Assembly (NCBI GenBank): GCA_021806165.1
Contig: JAJZXY010000007.1
Coordinates: 15,059-79,058, forward strand
Length of the DNA stretch: 64,000 nt
Reading direction: 5' to 3'
Source: Thermoplasmata archaeon
GTDB taxonomy: Archaea; Thermoplasmatota; Thermoplasmata; Sysuiplasmatales; Sysuiplasmataceae
Shown in pieces: positions 27,893-37,975 of the stretch (position 1 is the first letter of the stretch; each line of letters starts with the position of its first letter). Below the pieces are notes generated by a model. That model was not told the DNA's origin and ran no database searches. It worked only from the letters and a program-made list of their open reading frames with translations. The position numbers and the translations under genes are program-made.

Positions 27893-29032
27893 ATGGCAGT
27901 TACTGTTGCCGTCGCAAAAGAGAAGAGTGAAGGCGAAAAGAGGGTCGCCCTGGTCCCCGAAGTTGTGTCGAGGCTGACCAAGTCGGGCGTCCGGGTCCTG
28001 GTAGAATCAGGTGCAGGGGAGGAAGCATACTACACGGACGGGGCCTACAGCTCCGCAGGCGCTGAAATCATGCATGACAGGAAGAGCATTCTGTCCCAGG
28101 CGGATGTGCTCCTCGTCCTGCAGCCTCCGGCCCCCGCCGAGATTGCGCTTCTGAGGGAGAAGGCTATCATCATTGGCTTCATGAGCGCCTCCAAGAATGT
28201 GGAGAGCATCAGAAAGATGAAGGAAAGGAAGCTGACAGCCTTTGCGCTCGAACTTGTTCCAAGGATAACGCGCGCACAGAGCATGGATGCACTCTCATCG
28301 CAGGCAACAATCGGAGGGTACAAGGCGGCGCTCGTCGCAGCGGACTATTCCCCCAAGCTCCTCCCGATGCTGACGACCGCGGCCGGAACGATCAGGCCGG
28401 CGAAGGTGCTCATACTCGGCGCTGGAGTGGCGGGGCTGATGGCCATAGCCACTGCAAGGAGGCTGGGCGCCATGGTGGAGGCATATGATGTGAGGAGGGC
28501 GGCAGGCGAGCAGGTCAGGAGCTTGGGTGCCAGGTTCCTCGAACTGCAGATCGACGCGGAGGCAGCCGGCGGATATGCCAGGGAGCTGACTCCTGAGGAG
28601 AAGCAGAAGGAGCAGGCCATGGTGAATGAGGCGGTATCCCAGGCCGACGCGGTGATAACAACTGCGAACATCCCGGGCAGGAAGGCCCCGAGGCTGATAT
28701 CAAAGGAGATGGTGTCGGGGATGAAACCAGGTTCGGTAATAGTTGACCTCGCTGCCGAGACAGGAGGAAACTGCGAACTGACAAAGGCTGGAGGGGTTGT
28801 CGTCGAGAATGATGTGACAATTGTGGGACCGCTGAACCTGCCGGGGCAGATACCATTCCATGCAAGCCAGATGTATTCAAAGAACCTGCAGTCGTTCCTG
28901 GGCCTTGTCATAGACAGGGAGGGGAAGCTTGCAGTTAATTTCGATGATGAGATTCTCAAAGGCAGCCTGATGGTGCATGACGGCGAAATCAGGCATGCAC
29001 AGACCAAGGAACTAGTGGAGGGAAGGCAGTGA
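27893..29032 (+). CDS. pntA: NAD(P) transhydrogenase alpha subunit, part 1 (domain I)
   Basis: EKRVALVP, PRITRAQSMDALSSQA..GGYKA, ILGAGVAGL, TANIPGRKAP, VDLAAETGGNC. Confidence 0.97.
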   Translation: MAVTVAVAKEKSEGEKRVALVPEVVSRLTKSGVRVLVESGAGEEAYYTDGAYSSAGAEIMHDRKSILSQADVLLVLQPPAPAEIALLREKAIIIGFMSASKNVESIRKMKERKLTAFALELVPRITRAQSMDALSSQATIGGYKAALVAADYSPKLLPMLTTAAGTIRPAKVLILGAGVAGLMAIATARRLGAMVEAYDVRRAAGEQVRSLGARFLELQIDAEAAGGYARELTPEEKQKEQAMVNEAVSQADAVITTANIPGRKAPRLISKEMVSGMKPGSVIVDLAAETGGNCELTKAGGVVVENDVTIVGPLNLPGQIPFHASQMYSKNLQSFLGLVIDREGKLAVNFDDEILKGSLMVHDGEIRHAQTKELVEGRQ

Positions 29033-29328
29033 TTTCAGTACTGTATGTCAGCATCTATATTGCGCTCCTTGCAGCCTTCACGGGCTACGAGGTGATCACG
29101 AGGGTGCCGGTAATCCTGCACACGCCGCTTATGTCTGGTTCGAACTTCATACACGGCATAGTGCTTGTGGGGGCAATGATTGCCCTAGGCCTGGCCCAGA
29201 CGCCCCTGGAGCAGGCAATAGGCTTTATCGCGGTAGTAATGGGGGCGCTGAACGTCACTGGAGGGTATGCCGTGACTGAAAGGATCCTCCAGATGTTTGA
29301 GAAGGGAAAATCGAAGAAGGGGAACTGA
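29029..29328 (+). CDS. NAD(P) transhydrogenase alpha subunit, part 2 (membrane)
   Basis: VPVILHTPLMSGSNFIHG, NVTGGY.VT.R.L.MF. Confidence 0.95.
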   Translation: MISVLYVSIYIALLAAFTGYEVITRVPVILHTPLMSGSNFIHGIVLVGAMIALGLAQTPLEQAIGFIAVVMGALNVTGGYAVTERILQMFEKGKSKKGN

Positions 29329-30693
29329 ATGTTTCCTGACATCTACGATCCAGTTTACGTCGTCACAATTATATTCTTCATTGTGGGACTGCACAGGATG
29401 AGCCACCCCAGGACTGCGAGGAGCGGCATCATGTGGGCGGGTGGCGCAATGGCGATCGCCGTCCTTGTTACATTCTTCTACCCTGGAATGCACAACCTGA
29501 CCCTTATAGTGGTGGGCATAGCCATAGGCGGAAGCATAGGTTGGATTGCGGCGAAGCGCGTCGCAATGACAGACATGCCGCAGATGGTTGCCATCTACAA
29601 TGGAATGGGCGGCGGGGCTGCCGGTGCGATTGCAGCTGTAGAGCTGCTTACATCCGCATCAAACGGTGCTTACTCGGCGCTCGCGGTGGCTGGTGCTGCC
29701 ATAGGAGGCATCTCCATCTCGGGGAGCGTCATTGCATTCCTGAAGCTCCAGGGATGGATGAGGCAGAAGCCCATCACATACCCGGGGCAGCAGCCTGTCA
29801 ACATCATAGTCCTGCTGGCGACCATCGCTTTCGGCGTCCTGGTGCTCTTTCCGGGCATCGCCGGCTTCAACACACTCCTGCTCTTCTTCATATTCGCAAT
29901 CGGGTATGGTATACTGATGACCCTGCCGATTGGCGGGGCGGACATGCCAGTGGTCATATCACTCTACAATGCGCTCACGGGTCTGGCGGTGGCGATGGAC
30001 GGCTTCTCGCTCCAGAACTATGCAATGGTGGTTGCCGGAACGCTTGTCGGTGCAGCCGGTTCCCTGCTGACGCTTCTGATGGCAAAGGCCATGAACAGGT
30101 CCATCGGCAATGTGCTCTTCAGCGCCTTCGGTGCAAAGGAGGAGGAGAATGCAAACATCACGGGCTCAATGAAGCCTGTACAGCCCGAAGATGCTGCGGT
30201 AATGCTCGCATACGCCAACAGCGTGATAATCGCCCCCGGTTACGGCATGGCTGTCGCACAGGCTCAGCAGAAGGTCAAGGAGCTCGTAGACCTGCTTGAG
30301 TCCAAGGACATACCTGTCAAGTTTGCAATACACCCTGTTGCGGGGAGAATGCCGGGCCACATGAACGTCCTTCTTGCTGAAGCTGGCGTTTCATACGACC
30401 ACCTCTTCGACAGGGACGAAATCAACGCAGACTTCCCCAACACGGACGTTGTGCTGGTCATTGGAGCAAATGATGTTGTGAACCCTGCAGCAAGGAGGGA
30501 GGGAAGCGCACTGGCCGGAATGCCCATCCTGGATGTCGACAAGGCGAAGAATGTCATTGTGTTCAAGAGGGGGCAGGGAAGGGGATTCTCCGGTATAGAG
30601 AATGAGCTCTTCTATGCCGACAACACCAAGATGCTCTACGGTGATGCAAAGGATTCTGTTTCAAAGATCATACAGGAACTGAAGAAGCTCTGA
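29329..30693 (+). CDS. pntB: NAD(P) transhydrogenase beta subunit
   Basis: TDMPQMVAIYNGMGGG, PIGGADMPVVIS, PGYGMAVAQAQ, HPVAGRMPGHMNVLLAEA, GANDVVNPAA. Confidence 0.98.
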   Translation: MFPDIYDPVYVVTIIFFIVGLHRMSHPRTARSGIMWAGGAMAIAVLVTFFYPGMHNLTLIVVGIAIGGSIGWIAAKRVAMTDMPQMVAIYNGMGGGAAGAIAAVELLTSASNGAYSALAVAGAAIGGISISGSVIAFLKLQGWMRQKPITYPGQQPVNIIVLLATIAFGVLVLFPGIAGFNTLLLFFIFAIGYGILMTLPIGGADMPVVISLYNALTGLAVAMDGFSLQNYAMVVAGTLVGAAGSLLTLLMAKAMNRSIGNVLFSAFGAKEEENANITGSMKPVQPEDAAVMLAYANSVIIAPGYGMAVAQAQQKVKELVDLLESKDIPVKFAIHPVAGRMPGHMNVLLAEAGVSYDHLFDRDEINADFPNTDVVLVIGANDVVNPAARREGSALAGMPILDVDKAKNVIVFKRGQGRGFSGIENELFYADNTKMLYGDAKDSVSKIIQELKKL

Positions 30694-30694
30694 T

Positions 30695-31642
30695 TCAACC
30701 GCGGATGGACGAAGCGCACCTGGAAATGCATGCATTGAGCAGAGCTTCCGGATCCCCGGTGCATTCAAGGACAGCTGCCCCGGCATGGCCTCCCGACCTT
30801 CCGCAGAACTGCCTTGCCACATCGCCCAGTATGGACGGCAGGTCAAGACCGCATTCAATTCCCCTCTGTGAAAGCCGTGCGGTCACCCTTATCTTCCCCT
30901 CCCTGTCTGATGCGACAAAGGATGCATCCGCCCCGGCGCCGACCATTGCCGATGCAACCGACGATTCGTATGAGGATACTTCGCTGCTGCACAGGAAGAG
31001 CCCCCGTTTCTCAACATGCCTCATCCTTTCAAGCCCTTTCAGCACCGCTATCTGCTCTCCCCTCCCCTTCCCCTGGCCGAACTTCAGCAGAAGGTGCTCA
31101 ATGTCTGAGCCTGCCACATCAAGCAGACGTGCAACCGCCGCAAAGGTTGCCGCACTCCCGCGTCTGAACCTGCCGGTGTCTGAAAGAATGCCTGCAGCAA
31201 GCGCCTCGGCCGAGGGACCGTCTATGGAGAGGCCTGCGCCCTCGACTACGCGCAATGCAAGCTCTGAGCATGAACGCGCATCCGCATCGATGCAGTGTGT
31301 GCACTGCGGCGATTCGCCCTGAATGGGATGATGGTCGAGAATCAAGAGCTCAATGCCTGAGACGTCAAGCTGCGGTATCTCCTGCGTGTCCACCACAAGA
31401 AGCCTGCCGCATTCGGGCATTGTTTCCACGGCAGCTATATCCATGACAGCGGCCATTGCTGACGCATCCCTGTCAAGTCCGCCGGGCGCCCATATGGAAG
31501 GTGAACCAAAACTCCTCTGAATCGCCCATGCGCTCGCAAGGGCATCCCGGTCTGCATGCATGTGGACTGCAATGCAGAAAGGGCCGCTCAGCAGCTTCCT
31601 GCCCAGTTCGCCGGGCGTCAGTCCGGTGCCATGGGCAGTCAA
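30695..31642 (-). CDS. DHH/DHHA1 family phosphoesterase
   Basis: HMHADRDA, VVDT, LDHHP, GILSDTGRF, GGHAGAA. Confidence 0.88.
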   Translation of the reverse strand: MTAHGTGLTPGELGRKLLSGPFCIAVHMHADRDALASAWAIQRSFGSPSIWAPGGLDRDASAMAAVMDIAAVETMPECGRLLVVDTQEIPQLDVSGIELLILDHHPIQGESPQCTHCIDADARSCSELALRVVEGAGLSIDGPSAEALAAGILSDTGRFRRGSAATFAAVARLLDVAGSDIEHLLLKFGQGKGRGEQIAVLKGLERMRHVEKRGLFLCSSEVSSYESSVASAMVGAGADASFVASDREGKIRVTARLSQRGIECGLDLPSILGDVARQFCGRSGGHAGAAVLECTGDPEALLNACISRCASSIRG

Positions 31643-32007
31643 GAACCCTCTTCCCTGCCCTGGGACGGCCCCAGGACCTTTGACAGCTCTTCCTGCAGGG
31701 ACTGGTAGCGTTCCCTGAGATGCTTTTCCTGCTTCTCGATTGATTTGACCCTGATGTCGAGCGTCTCCTTCTGCTCAGTGAGATCCTTCAGGACAGTCTC
31801 CCTGTCCTTCGCCTTTATCATCAGTGAGCCGACGTTCTTGTAAATGACAGCGTCCTGCTGGAGACCGTTGAGCTCCTCCAGCGCCTTCGAAACCTCCCTG
31901 GACTGGGCCTCCAGCTGGTACCTCTGGCTGGAAAGTACCTGAATCTGCTGCTGTATCTGCTGGTACTGTGAAATCTGGTTCTGCAACTTGGGACTGATGT
32001 CATTCAT
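31639..32007 (-). CDS. pfdB: Prefoldin beta subunit
   Basis: QNQISQYQQIQQQ...KALEEL......IYKNVGSLMIK; ATG at 32007. Confidence 0.95.
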   Translation of the reverse strand: MNDISPKLQNQISQYQQIQQQIQVLSSQRYQLEAQSREVSKALEELNGLQQDAVIYKNVGSLMIKAKDRETVLKDLTEQKETLDIRVKSIEKQEKHLRERYQSLQEELSKVLGPSQGREEGS

Positions 32008-32281
32008 CGGTATCACTCCTGGGGGACTCGCGTGACTTTCCGGCCGCGCTCTTCCGCACGTCGAGTGCAAGATGAGTCCATCTTATATAAGAATTCATAG
32101 CCGCCCTCAGCGCACCCAGATCCTCCGCCTCTACGCACATGGCCCCCTCCCCCGCGGTCATGCTCCATCTGACACGGCACTTTGGAACCTCCCTCTCCAC
32201 CTCGGGACCCAGAACGCTCCTGAGGTACTCCGCCTCCTCCCGGGTGAAAACAATTCTGGCCGTGTGCCTGTATACGCTCAT
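32000..32281 (-). CDS. pcc1: KEOPS complex subunit Pcc1
   Basis: AEDLGALRAAMNSYIRW motif; conserved position between rpoP and pfdB. Confidence 0.88.
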   Translation of the reverse strand: MSVYRHTARIVFTREEAEYLRSVLGPEVEREVPKCRVRWSMTAGEGAMCVEAEDLGALRAAMNSYIRWTHLALDVRKSAAGKSRESPRSDTDE

Positions 32282-32412
32282 TTGGAGATTAGCTGCTTCT
32301 TGACGTTTGGCCTTTCCTTCACGAATATCTTGGAGCCGCACTTGTCGCATTGCAGGCCCACGGTGTTAACGCCCGAACGGGCGGGTTCACCGCACCTTAT
32401 GCACTTGTACAT
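32278..32412 (-). CDS. rpoP: RNA polymerase subunit Rpo12 (RpoP), 44 aa, absent from the ORF track
   Basis: MYKCIRCG...LQCDKCGSKIFVKERPNVKKQLISK*; lies between rpl37Ae and pcc1. Confidence 0.93.
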   Translation of the reverse strand: MYKCIRCGEPARSGVNTVGLQCDKCGSKIFVKERPNVKKQLISK

Positions 32413-32413
32413 T

Positions 32414-32680
32414 TCAGAGGCCTCCCTTGCTTCCCTCTTGCCTGGGGACGTTCAGGTTTCTTGCGGTTGCAACATACGCCCTTGCGGCGTACTTGTAGCC
32501 GCAGTGCCTGCACTTCCATATGGCTGATGCCTCGCGCTCAACCGAAGCGGTGCCGCACTTGGGACATGCAGTCTTCCTGTTGCGCTCCCTGTCTACTTCC
32601 AGTATTCTTGACCTGATCCGAACGCCGTAGCGCGGGCCGTACCTTGCGGCGGACCCTATCTTCTTTGCATTGTTGGACAT
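32414..32680 (-). CDS. rpl37ae: 50S ribosomal protein L37Ae
   Basis: GSAARYGPRYG, CPKCG...V.R....IW.C..CG. Confidence 0.97.
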   Translation of the reverse strand: MSNNAKKIGSAARYGPRYGVRIRSRILEVDRERNRKTACPKCGTASVEREASAIWKCRHCGYKYAARAYVATARNLNVPRQEGSKGGL

Positions 32681-32691
32681 CTTTCAGCACC

Positions 32692-33465
32692 TCACAGCTT
32701 TTCCCTTATCGCCTTGCCGGCTTCGGTGGACATCTGTATCGCCTTCTTGACCTCTTCGTAGGTGAAGAAGCCGTTTCCACCCTTCTGCATTGCCCGGAGG
32801 TCACCGTTCTCGTCCGTCGCAACCGTCAGCCTGGCCGATGACACCTCATCCTCCTCAAGCGTCGGGTCGAGAACCAGGTAGTCACCGATCTTCACAGTTG
32901 TGCATGATATTGGCATGGAGCGGAGCGGCAGCTGGAAGTCCTCCCCCTTGCCGAAGCGTTTCGCAGGCACAACGGTGTTCTTGAGCGCGGCAACAGCCGC
33001 AATCGACGAAGCGTCGAACAGGTTGCCGTCGTAGTCGAGAGCATATATGTCAACATAGAGCACCCAGACCTCCTTCTTTGGCTCGATGCAGAGCCCCTCG
33101 AGGTCTATCATCTGGCTCTCCCTTATTCCCCTGTCGACCACCCTGGAAAGTTCAATGGCCATTGGGGACGGCGGTCCGCTTTCGAACTCCTCGAATGCCA
33201 TGGGGATGAGTTCCACGTTCGTTGTGAGCACTCCCTTGTTGGGCGTGTCGCCGAACGGTTCCCCTACGCCCATCTTGATGCCCACCGCAACCTCAGTGTT
33301 GCCAAGCTTCATTCTGGCCGAACCTTCGGCTGTCTCGATGGCCCCCTCGATGATGGAGACGGGTCTCATCTCGTCGAGATTCCTCCCGTCACTCCTCTTC
33401 CCCTTGGAAAGGAGGGTGCTTATATGTCCCTTCTTGACTTCTGAAAGCGGGCTCCTCTGGCTCAT
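32692..33465 (-). CDS. rrp42: Exosome core subunit Rrp42
   Basis: [40 protein letters not shown]. Confidence 0.97.
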   Translation of the reverse strand: MSQRSPLSEVKKGHISTLLSKGKRSDGRNLDEMRPVSIIEGAIETAEGSARMKLGNTEVAVGIKMGVGEPFGDTPNKGVLTTNVELIPMAFEEFESGPPSPMAIELSRVVDRGIRESQMIDLEGLCIEPKKEVWVLYVDIYALDYDGNLFDASSIAAVAALKNTVVPAKRFGKGEDFQLPLRSMPISCTTVKIGDYLVLDPTLEEDEVSSARLTVATDENGDLRAMQKGGNGFFTYEEVKKAIQMSTEAGKAIREKL

Positions 33466-34256
33466 GCCTCATTCCCCCCTGCTTCCTGTTCGCTCTCCTG
33501 CGCATCCCCGCCTGCGAAGGCATAGCGCCTGCGAAGGGCGTCCTGCTGCAGGCCGTAGATTGTGGTGCATCCACCCTTGGCGAGTTCGATTGCCCTGTCA
33601 AACTCGGCCTGTGTTAGATGGCCGTCCATCTGGAGAAGCAGTATCTCCCCCGTCCTCGGTATGTATGCAAGCGGAACGTCGGCATCACCGAAGTTGTCCT
33701 CCTCCTTGTTCAGATCCAGGACCACCGTGTCGGCAACCTTGCCTGCGGCGCAGGCAGGTATCAGGTCCCTCATCGGGATTCCTGCGTCAGCAACAGCAAC
33801 GGATGCGGCTGTCAGCCCGGCGCACCTCGTCCCCGCGTTTGCCTGGAGAACAGCTATGTAGACATCAATGGAGGTGCGCGGAAACTGCTCAAGGAATATG
33901 CTGTATTCCAGCGCCTCTCCCACGATCTTCGATATTTCAACCGAGCGCCTGTCAGGCCCTGGCCTCTTCCTGTCGTCGACAGAGAAAGAGAGCATGTTGT
34001 AGTGGCACTGCACAATAGCCCTTGTAGGGTCCTGGAGATGCCTTGGATGGCACTCCCTCGGCCCGTAAACGGCTGCAAGAATCTTGTTCTTGCCCATCTC
34101 CACGTAGGCTGAGCCGTCTGCCCTTCTCAGCACGCCTGCCTCAATCTTTATGGGGCGCAGCTCATCGGCCCTCCTTCCGTCCAGCCTCTTTCCTTCCTCA
34201 TCTATCAGTTTCAATCCTTCGGGTAAATCCATACTCATTAAATCACCGTAACTCAT
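33462..34256 (-). CDS. rrp41: Exosome core subunit Rrp41
   Basis: [45 protein letters not shown]. Confidence 0.97.
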   Translation of the reverse strand: MSYGDLMSMDLPEGLKLIDEEGKRLDGRRADELRPIKIEAGVLRRADGSAYVEMGKNKILAAVYGPRECHPRHLQDPTRAIVQCHYNMLSFSVDDRKRPGPDRRSVEISKIVGEALEYSIFLEQFPRTSIDVYIAVLQANAGTRCAGLTAASVAVADAGIPMRDLIPACAAGKVADTVVLDLNKEEDNFGDADVPLAYIPRTGEILLLQMDGHLTQAEFDRAIELAKGGCTTIYGLQQDALRRRYAFAGGDAQESEQEAGGNEA

Positions 34257-34945
34257 TCATTTGCGGCGGGAAAGGTCTTCTCGAGGTAGTCCCTTACCCT
34301 GTCCGTCAGGCCGTGCGTGTGGGCCCCTTCGTCTATCATGCGTATCGCCTTCGCAAGGGCGACGATATTCTCAACCTCGCCGTCAAGCCATATCTTCCCG
34401 TTCTTCCCTACAAGCATCTTGCAGCCCGAATAGCGCTTGAGCATATCAATCATCGAGCCGCTCTTCCCTATCACCCTGGGGACCTTTGCATACGGGATGC
34501 TCACCACATGCCCCCCTCTGAGCTTCCTCAGGCTCTGGTCCCTCATGGTGAGCTGGACATGCTTTGAGTCGTCTACCGACAGTATCCTGGCAGTGACGTT
34601 GTCACCCAGCTCAAGGTACTTGGCAGTCGCACCGAATTCCACCCTCCACGGGGATTCTGAAGCATGCAGAACCCCAGGATAAGGCGAATTTATATCCATC
34701 AGCCAGTTGGATGATGTCATGTCCGTCACAGTTCCTATGACATCGTCCCCTGAGAATGGAACGTACTTCCCAGAAAGGGGGAGTATGTCGACATAATTCC
34801 CCTTGGATATCCTGAGTCCCAGCGTCGTCGAGTACGCCTTGCCCTCCTTCCTGTATGTGCCGAAGCCCGGGCGCCTGCTGCCTGTATCCACCGGCTGCCC
34901 TGGAATCACTATGGCTCTTTCCGCCTCACCGCTTGTCGCCGACGT
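34253..34945 (-). CDS. rrp4: Exosome RNA-binding subunit Rrp4
   Basis: [20 protein letters not shown] (S1), [20 protein letters not shown] (KH). Start is ACG 34945 or GTG 34909. Confidence 0.95.
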   Translation of the reverse strand, partial: TSATSGEAERAIVIPGQPVDTGSRRPGFGTYRKEGKAYSTTLGLRISKGNYVDILPLSGKYVPFSGDDVIGTVTDMTSSNWLMDINSPYPGVLHASESPWRVEFGATAKYLELGDNVTARILSVDDSKHVQLTMRDQSLRKLRGGHVVSIPYAKVPRVIGKSGSMIDMLKRYSGCKMLVGKNGKIWLDGEVENIVALAKAIRMIDEGAHTHGLTDRVRDYLEKTFPAANE

Positions 34946-34995
34946 TTAAATACACACTCCGCTCTTGGACCAAAACGCTGTTCAATTTGCGTTCT

Positions 34996-35691
34996 CTATT
35001 TTAATATTTTGGTCTCCGCCCTTCCCCTTGTCTTGTGGCCAAGCTTCTCAAACAGATCTGTCTGGAGGCCCGCCGGAAGCTCGACAACAGCGACCCAGCT
35101 TCCGTCATTCAGCCACTCCTCCTTTGTTATGTGGCCCAGAGAGAGTATGTCCTCATAGCACCTGCCATAATCCTCGCCAGGCAGCTTCACTGCAATCCTT
35201 GCGCTGTCAAACCTTATTGGAATGATAGGGCGCAGGGCGTCCAGCACCTCCTGCACCTGCGACTCCGCTGACTTCAGCGGGTCTATCCTCACCCTTGCCT
35301 CCTCCATCGCCGCCTCGATCCTGACAAGGGGGTGAGGAGTCTTGGTCTGCGGATTTATCGCATTCCTTGCTATTATGGCTGCAACCTGCTTCCGCTTTGT
35401 TTCGGCCATAATGTGGCGCTGCTCGGTGGTCAGCTGGACTGAGCCACGCCTGACGATCTCCCTGGCAACCTCCCCGACTTCGGTGGTGCCGAATATCTCC
35501 CTCAGCTTTTCATCGGACTGCTTGGTTCCCTTCCTTGCGTCCTTGAATATCTCGTCGACGGCCATGTGGAGTGCCACATCGACCTCCTTCCCCTCCTTGA
35601 GGTACTTGACAATCTTGGGGTCTATGAGAATCTCAAAGGTCTCGCCCCTGGTCTCGAACCTACCTACGATTGCCTCCTCAATGTCCACCAT
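34996..35691 (-). CDS. Ribosome maturation factor SBDS/Sdo1
   Basis: FEIL.DP, IFKDARKG, QLTTEQR, INPQTKTPHP..RIE.AM. Confidence 0.96.
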   Translation of the reverse strand: MVDIEEAIVGRFETRGETFEILIDPKIVKYLKEGKEVDVALHMAVDEIFKDARKGTKQSDEKLREIFGTTEVGEVAREIVRRGSVQLTTEQRHIMAETKRKQVAAIIARNAINPQTKTPHPLVRIEAAMEEARVRIDPLKSAESQVQEVLDALRPIIPIRFDSARIAVKLPGEDYGRCYEDILSLGHITKEEWLNDGSWVAVVELPAGLQTDLFEKLGHKTRGRAETKILK

Positions 35692-35725
35692 GTGCCCAGC
35701 ACCGGTAATCCAGGAAAGGATTGGT

Positions 35726-36445
35726 TCAGGAAGCTGAAGCCAACTTTACGTACTTCTCCACTTCACCGAGTTCAAGCTTGCCGAAATTCTGGTCCACCCT
35801 GACAAGGCCAATCTCTATTGCCTTCGGGTTGAGCTCCTCCTCGGTTGCCTTCTTCAGCCCCTTTAGAGCGAGAACAACAGCATCGCCGACATCGAGCTCC
35901 TCGCGGTAATTCTCCTCGAAGAAGTCCATCACCACATTCCTGCCGGCCCCGATTGAGCTTGCCTTGTAGGAGGCAAGGCCGCCGCTGGGGTCTGTCTCGA
36001 AGAGATGTGCGCCCCTGTCGTCCACCCCTGCGACGAGCAGCGAAGTGCCGAATGGCCTGACGCCGCCGTACTGGGTGTACTGCTGCTTGTAGTCACAAAT
36101 GCGCTTGACAAGCGCCTCGACGCCAATCCTGTCACCGTAGGTAATCTTGTTCACCTGAGAAATCACCCTTGCATTGTCGACAAGCACGCGCGCATCTGCA
36201 ACGAGGCCTGATGTGGCACAGCCTATGTGCTCATCGATGAGGTAAATCTTCTCCATGGAGGTGGGCTCCATCAGCCGGCTGGCAATCCTCTTGTCCACAA
36301 CGAGGGCAACACCATCCTTGAACTTGATGCCCACGGTGGTAGTTCCTCTCCTGACCGCCTCTCTTGCATATTCCACCTGAAAGAGTCTCCCATCCGGTGA
36401 AAAGACCGTAATCGCCCTGTCGTATGCCATCTGTCCTGGCTGCAT
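35726..36445 (-). CDS. psmA: Proteasome alpha subunit
   Basis: YDRAITVFSPDGRLFQVEYA.EAV, RPFGTSLL, TDPSG. Confidence 0.98.
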   Translation of the reverse strand: MQPGQMAYDRAITVFSPDGRLFQVEYAREAVRRGTTTVGIKFKDGVALVVDKRIASRLMEPTSMEKIYLIDEHIGCATSGLVADARVLVDNARVISQVNKITYGDRIGVEALVKRICDYKQQYTQYGGVRPFGTSLLVAGVDDRGAHLFETDPSGGLASYKASSIGAGRNVVMDFFEENYREELDVGDAVVLALKGLKKATEEELNPKAIEIGLVRVDQNFGKLELGEVEKYVKLASAS

Positions 36446-36561
36446 TTTAGTTTCAACTCCAATTTATAGCGTTTACAACATTCGTCTATTCTATTTAACC
36501 ATAAAAACTCTTCTCATGGACAATCGCCTTGCATCAGCAGCCTTCATCCATGCGGACTGGC

Positions 36562-36861
36562 CTACAGGAGTCCGTATTTCTCCTTCACCGTCCGGACGGT
36601 GCCCGATACAAGCAGTGTGCGCGAAGTGTAGGGCCCGAGGGAGCCGTTGAGAACGGCCGACACGGGCGTTACCGCGGTGTGAGCACATGACACCACGGCC
36701 GTCTCCCCGTCCAGTATCAGGAGCCTGATGCGCTCCGGGGATATGCCTGCGCGCCTGAATCCTGCCAGCATTGCATGCCATGCATCCCCCCTGCTCCTGG
36801 GGGCCGGGGTCAGCTTCACCGCGATATATCTCCGTCTGCCCCGCTTTGCCTTGACAGTCAA
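36562..36861 (-). CDS. RNase P protein Pop5/Rpp14
   Basis: [10 protein letters not shown], .VSC.H, C-terminal [11 protein letters not shown]; typical position upstream of psmA. Confidence 0.85.
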   Translation of the reverse strand: MTVKAKRGRRRYIAVKLTPAPRSRGDAWHAMLAGFRRAGISPERIRLLILDGETAVVSCAHTAVTPVSAVLNGSLGPYTSRTLLVSGTVRTVKEKYGLL

Positions 36862-36886
36862 GAGTACCGCCGTGCTCCGACCGACT

Positions 36887-37975
36887 TCATCTTATAAAGT
36901 CAATTCCCTTCTGCCCGGGCTGCCCCTGGGAGAGCATGAATTCCGACTTCACTCCCGTGATGACCACGAGAACCTTTATCTTGCCCTCCGACTCGGGCTC
37001 GACGCTGCATCCCCATATTGTGCGCGCCTTGGGGCCCATCATTGCGGATGCGGCCTCCACGACCCTCTCGGCCTCCTTGAGGGACATGTCCTCCCCTCCA
37101 ACGACCCTGATGAGAGCGCCCTTCGCCTCCTTGATATCTATATTCCCGAGGAGGGGTGATGTAAGTGCCTGGCGGAGCGCATCCTCCACCCTTTCGTCTT
37201 TCGGCCCGGATGACTCGCCCATTCCAATCATTGCCACGCCGCCTGAGCTCATTATCGTCTTGATGTCGGCGAAGTCTATGTTCACAAGCCCCGGCTTCGT
37301 CACAATCTCGGTTATTCCCTTGATGCACTGTGCCAGCACCTCGTCGGCAACCCTGAATGCCGCGTCCAGAGGCAGGCGTGGAACTATTTCGAGAAGCTTG
37401 TCATTGGGAATCACAACCGTTGTGTCCGCGTAGAGTCTCAGCCTCTCCAGGCCGCGCACCGCATTCTGCATACGGAGTGCCCCCTCCGCCTTGAACGGGA
37501 GAGTGACAACTGCCATGACGAGCGCCCTTCCCTCCTTTGCTATTTCAGCAACAACAGGGATGGAACCGGTACCGGTTCCACCGCCCATGCCTGCTGTGAC
37601 GAATACAATGTCATTGCTCCTGACATACTTGCCGAGGTCTTCCCTCGCCTCGTCTGCCGCCTGGCTTCCAACCTCAGGGATTGCGCCCGCGCCCAGTCCC
37701 CTTGTAAGCCTCCGGCCGAGGAGCACCTTGTGGGGTGCATTGAGGAGCAGCAGGTGCCTCGCATCCGTGTTCGCAGCGACAAGCGAGGCACCGAATATGC
37801 CGCCCTGGTTAAGGCGCCTTATCGTGTTCGAACCTCCGCCGCCGCATCCAACTATGCTTATCTTCACGCGAAGTGACTCGACAAGCTGCATGAGCTCTTC
37901 GTCAGTGGCGTCCATGCCAACGCCGGCAGATGCTGCAGGCTCCTCTCTCAGAACATCCTCGACAATTGATTTCAT
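36887..37975 (-). CDS. ftsZ: Cell division protein FtsZ
   Basis: [45 protein letters not shown]. Confidence 0.98.
   Translation of the reverse strand: MKSIVEDVLREEPAASAGVGMDATDEELMQLVESLRVKISIVGCGGGGSNTIRRLNQGGIFGASLVAANTDARHLLLLNAPHKVLLGRRLTRGLGAGAIPEVGSQAADEAREDLGKYVRSNDIVFVTAGMGGGTGTGSIPVVAEIAKEGRALVMAVVTLPFKAEGALRMQNAVRGLERLRLYADTTVVIPNDKLLEIVPRLPLDAAFRVADEVLAQCIKGITEIVTKPGLVNIDFADIKTIMSSGGVAMIGMGESSGPKDERVEDALRQALTSPLLGNIDIKEAKGALIRVVGGEDMSLKEAERVVEAASAMMGPKARTIWGCSVEPESEGKIKVLVVITGVKSEFMLSQGQPGQKGIDFIR

Noticed and set aside
29433-30299. 288-aa alternate-frame ORF inside pntB
   Set aside because: Arg/His/Cys-rich with no motif; a frame-shifted shadow of a conserved gene.
33086-34018. 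310-aa plus-strand ORF
   Set aside because: Antisense shadow of rrp41/rrp42 with Ser/Pro/Arg-rich composition; expected in GC-rich coding DNA.
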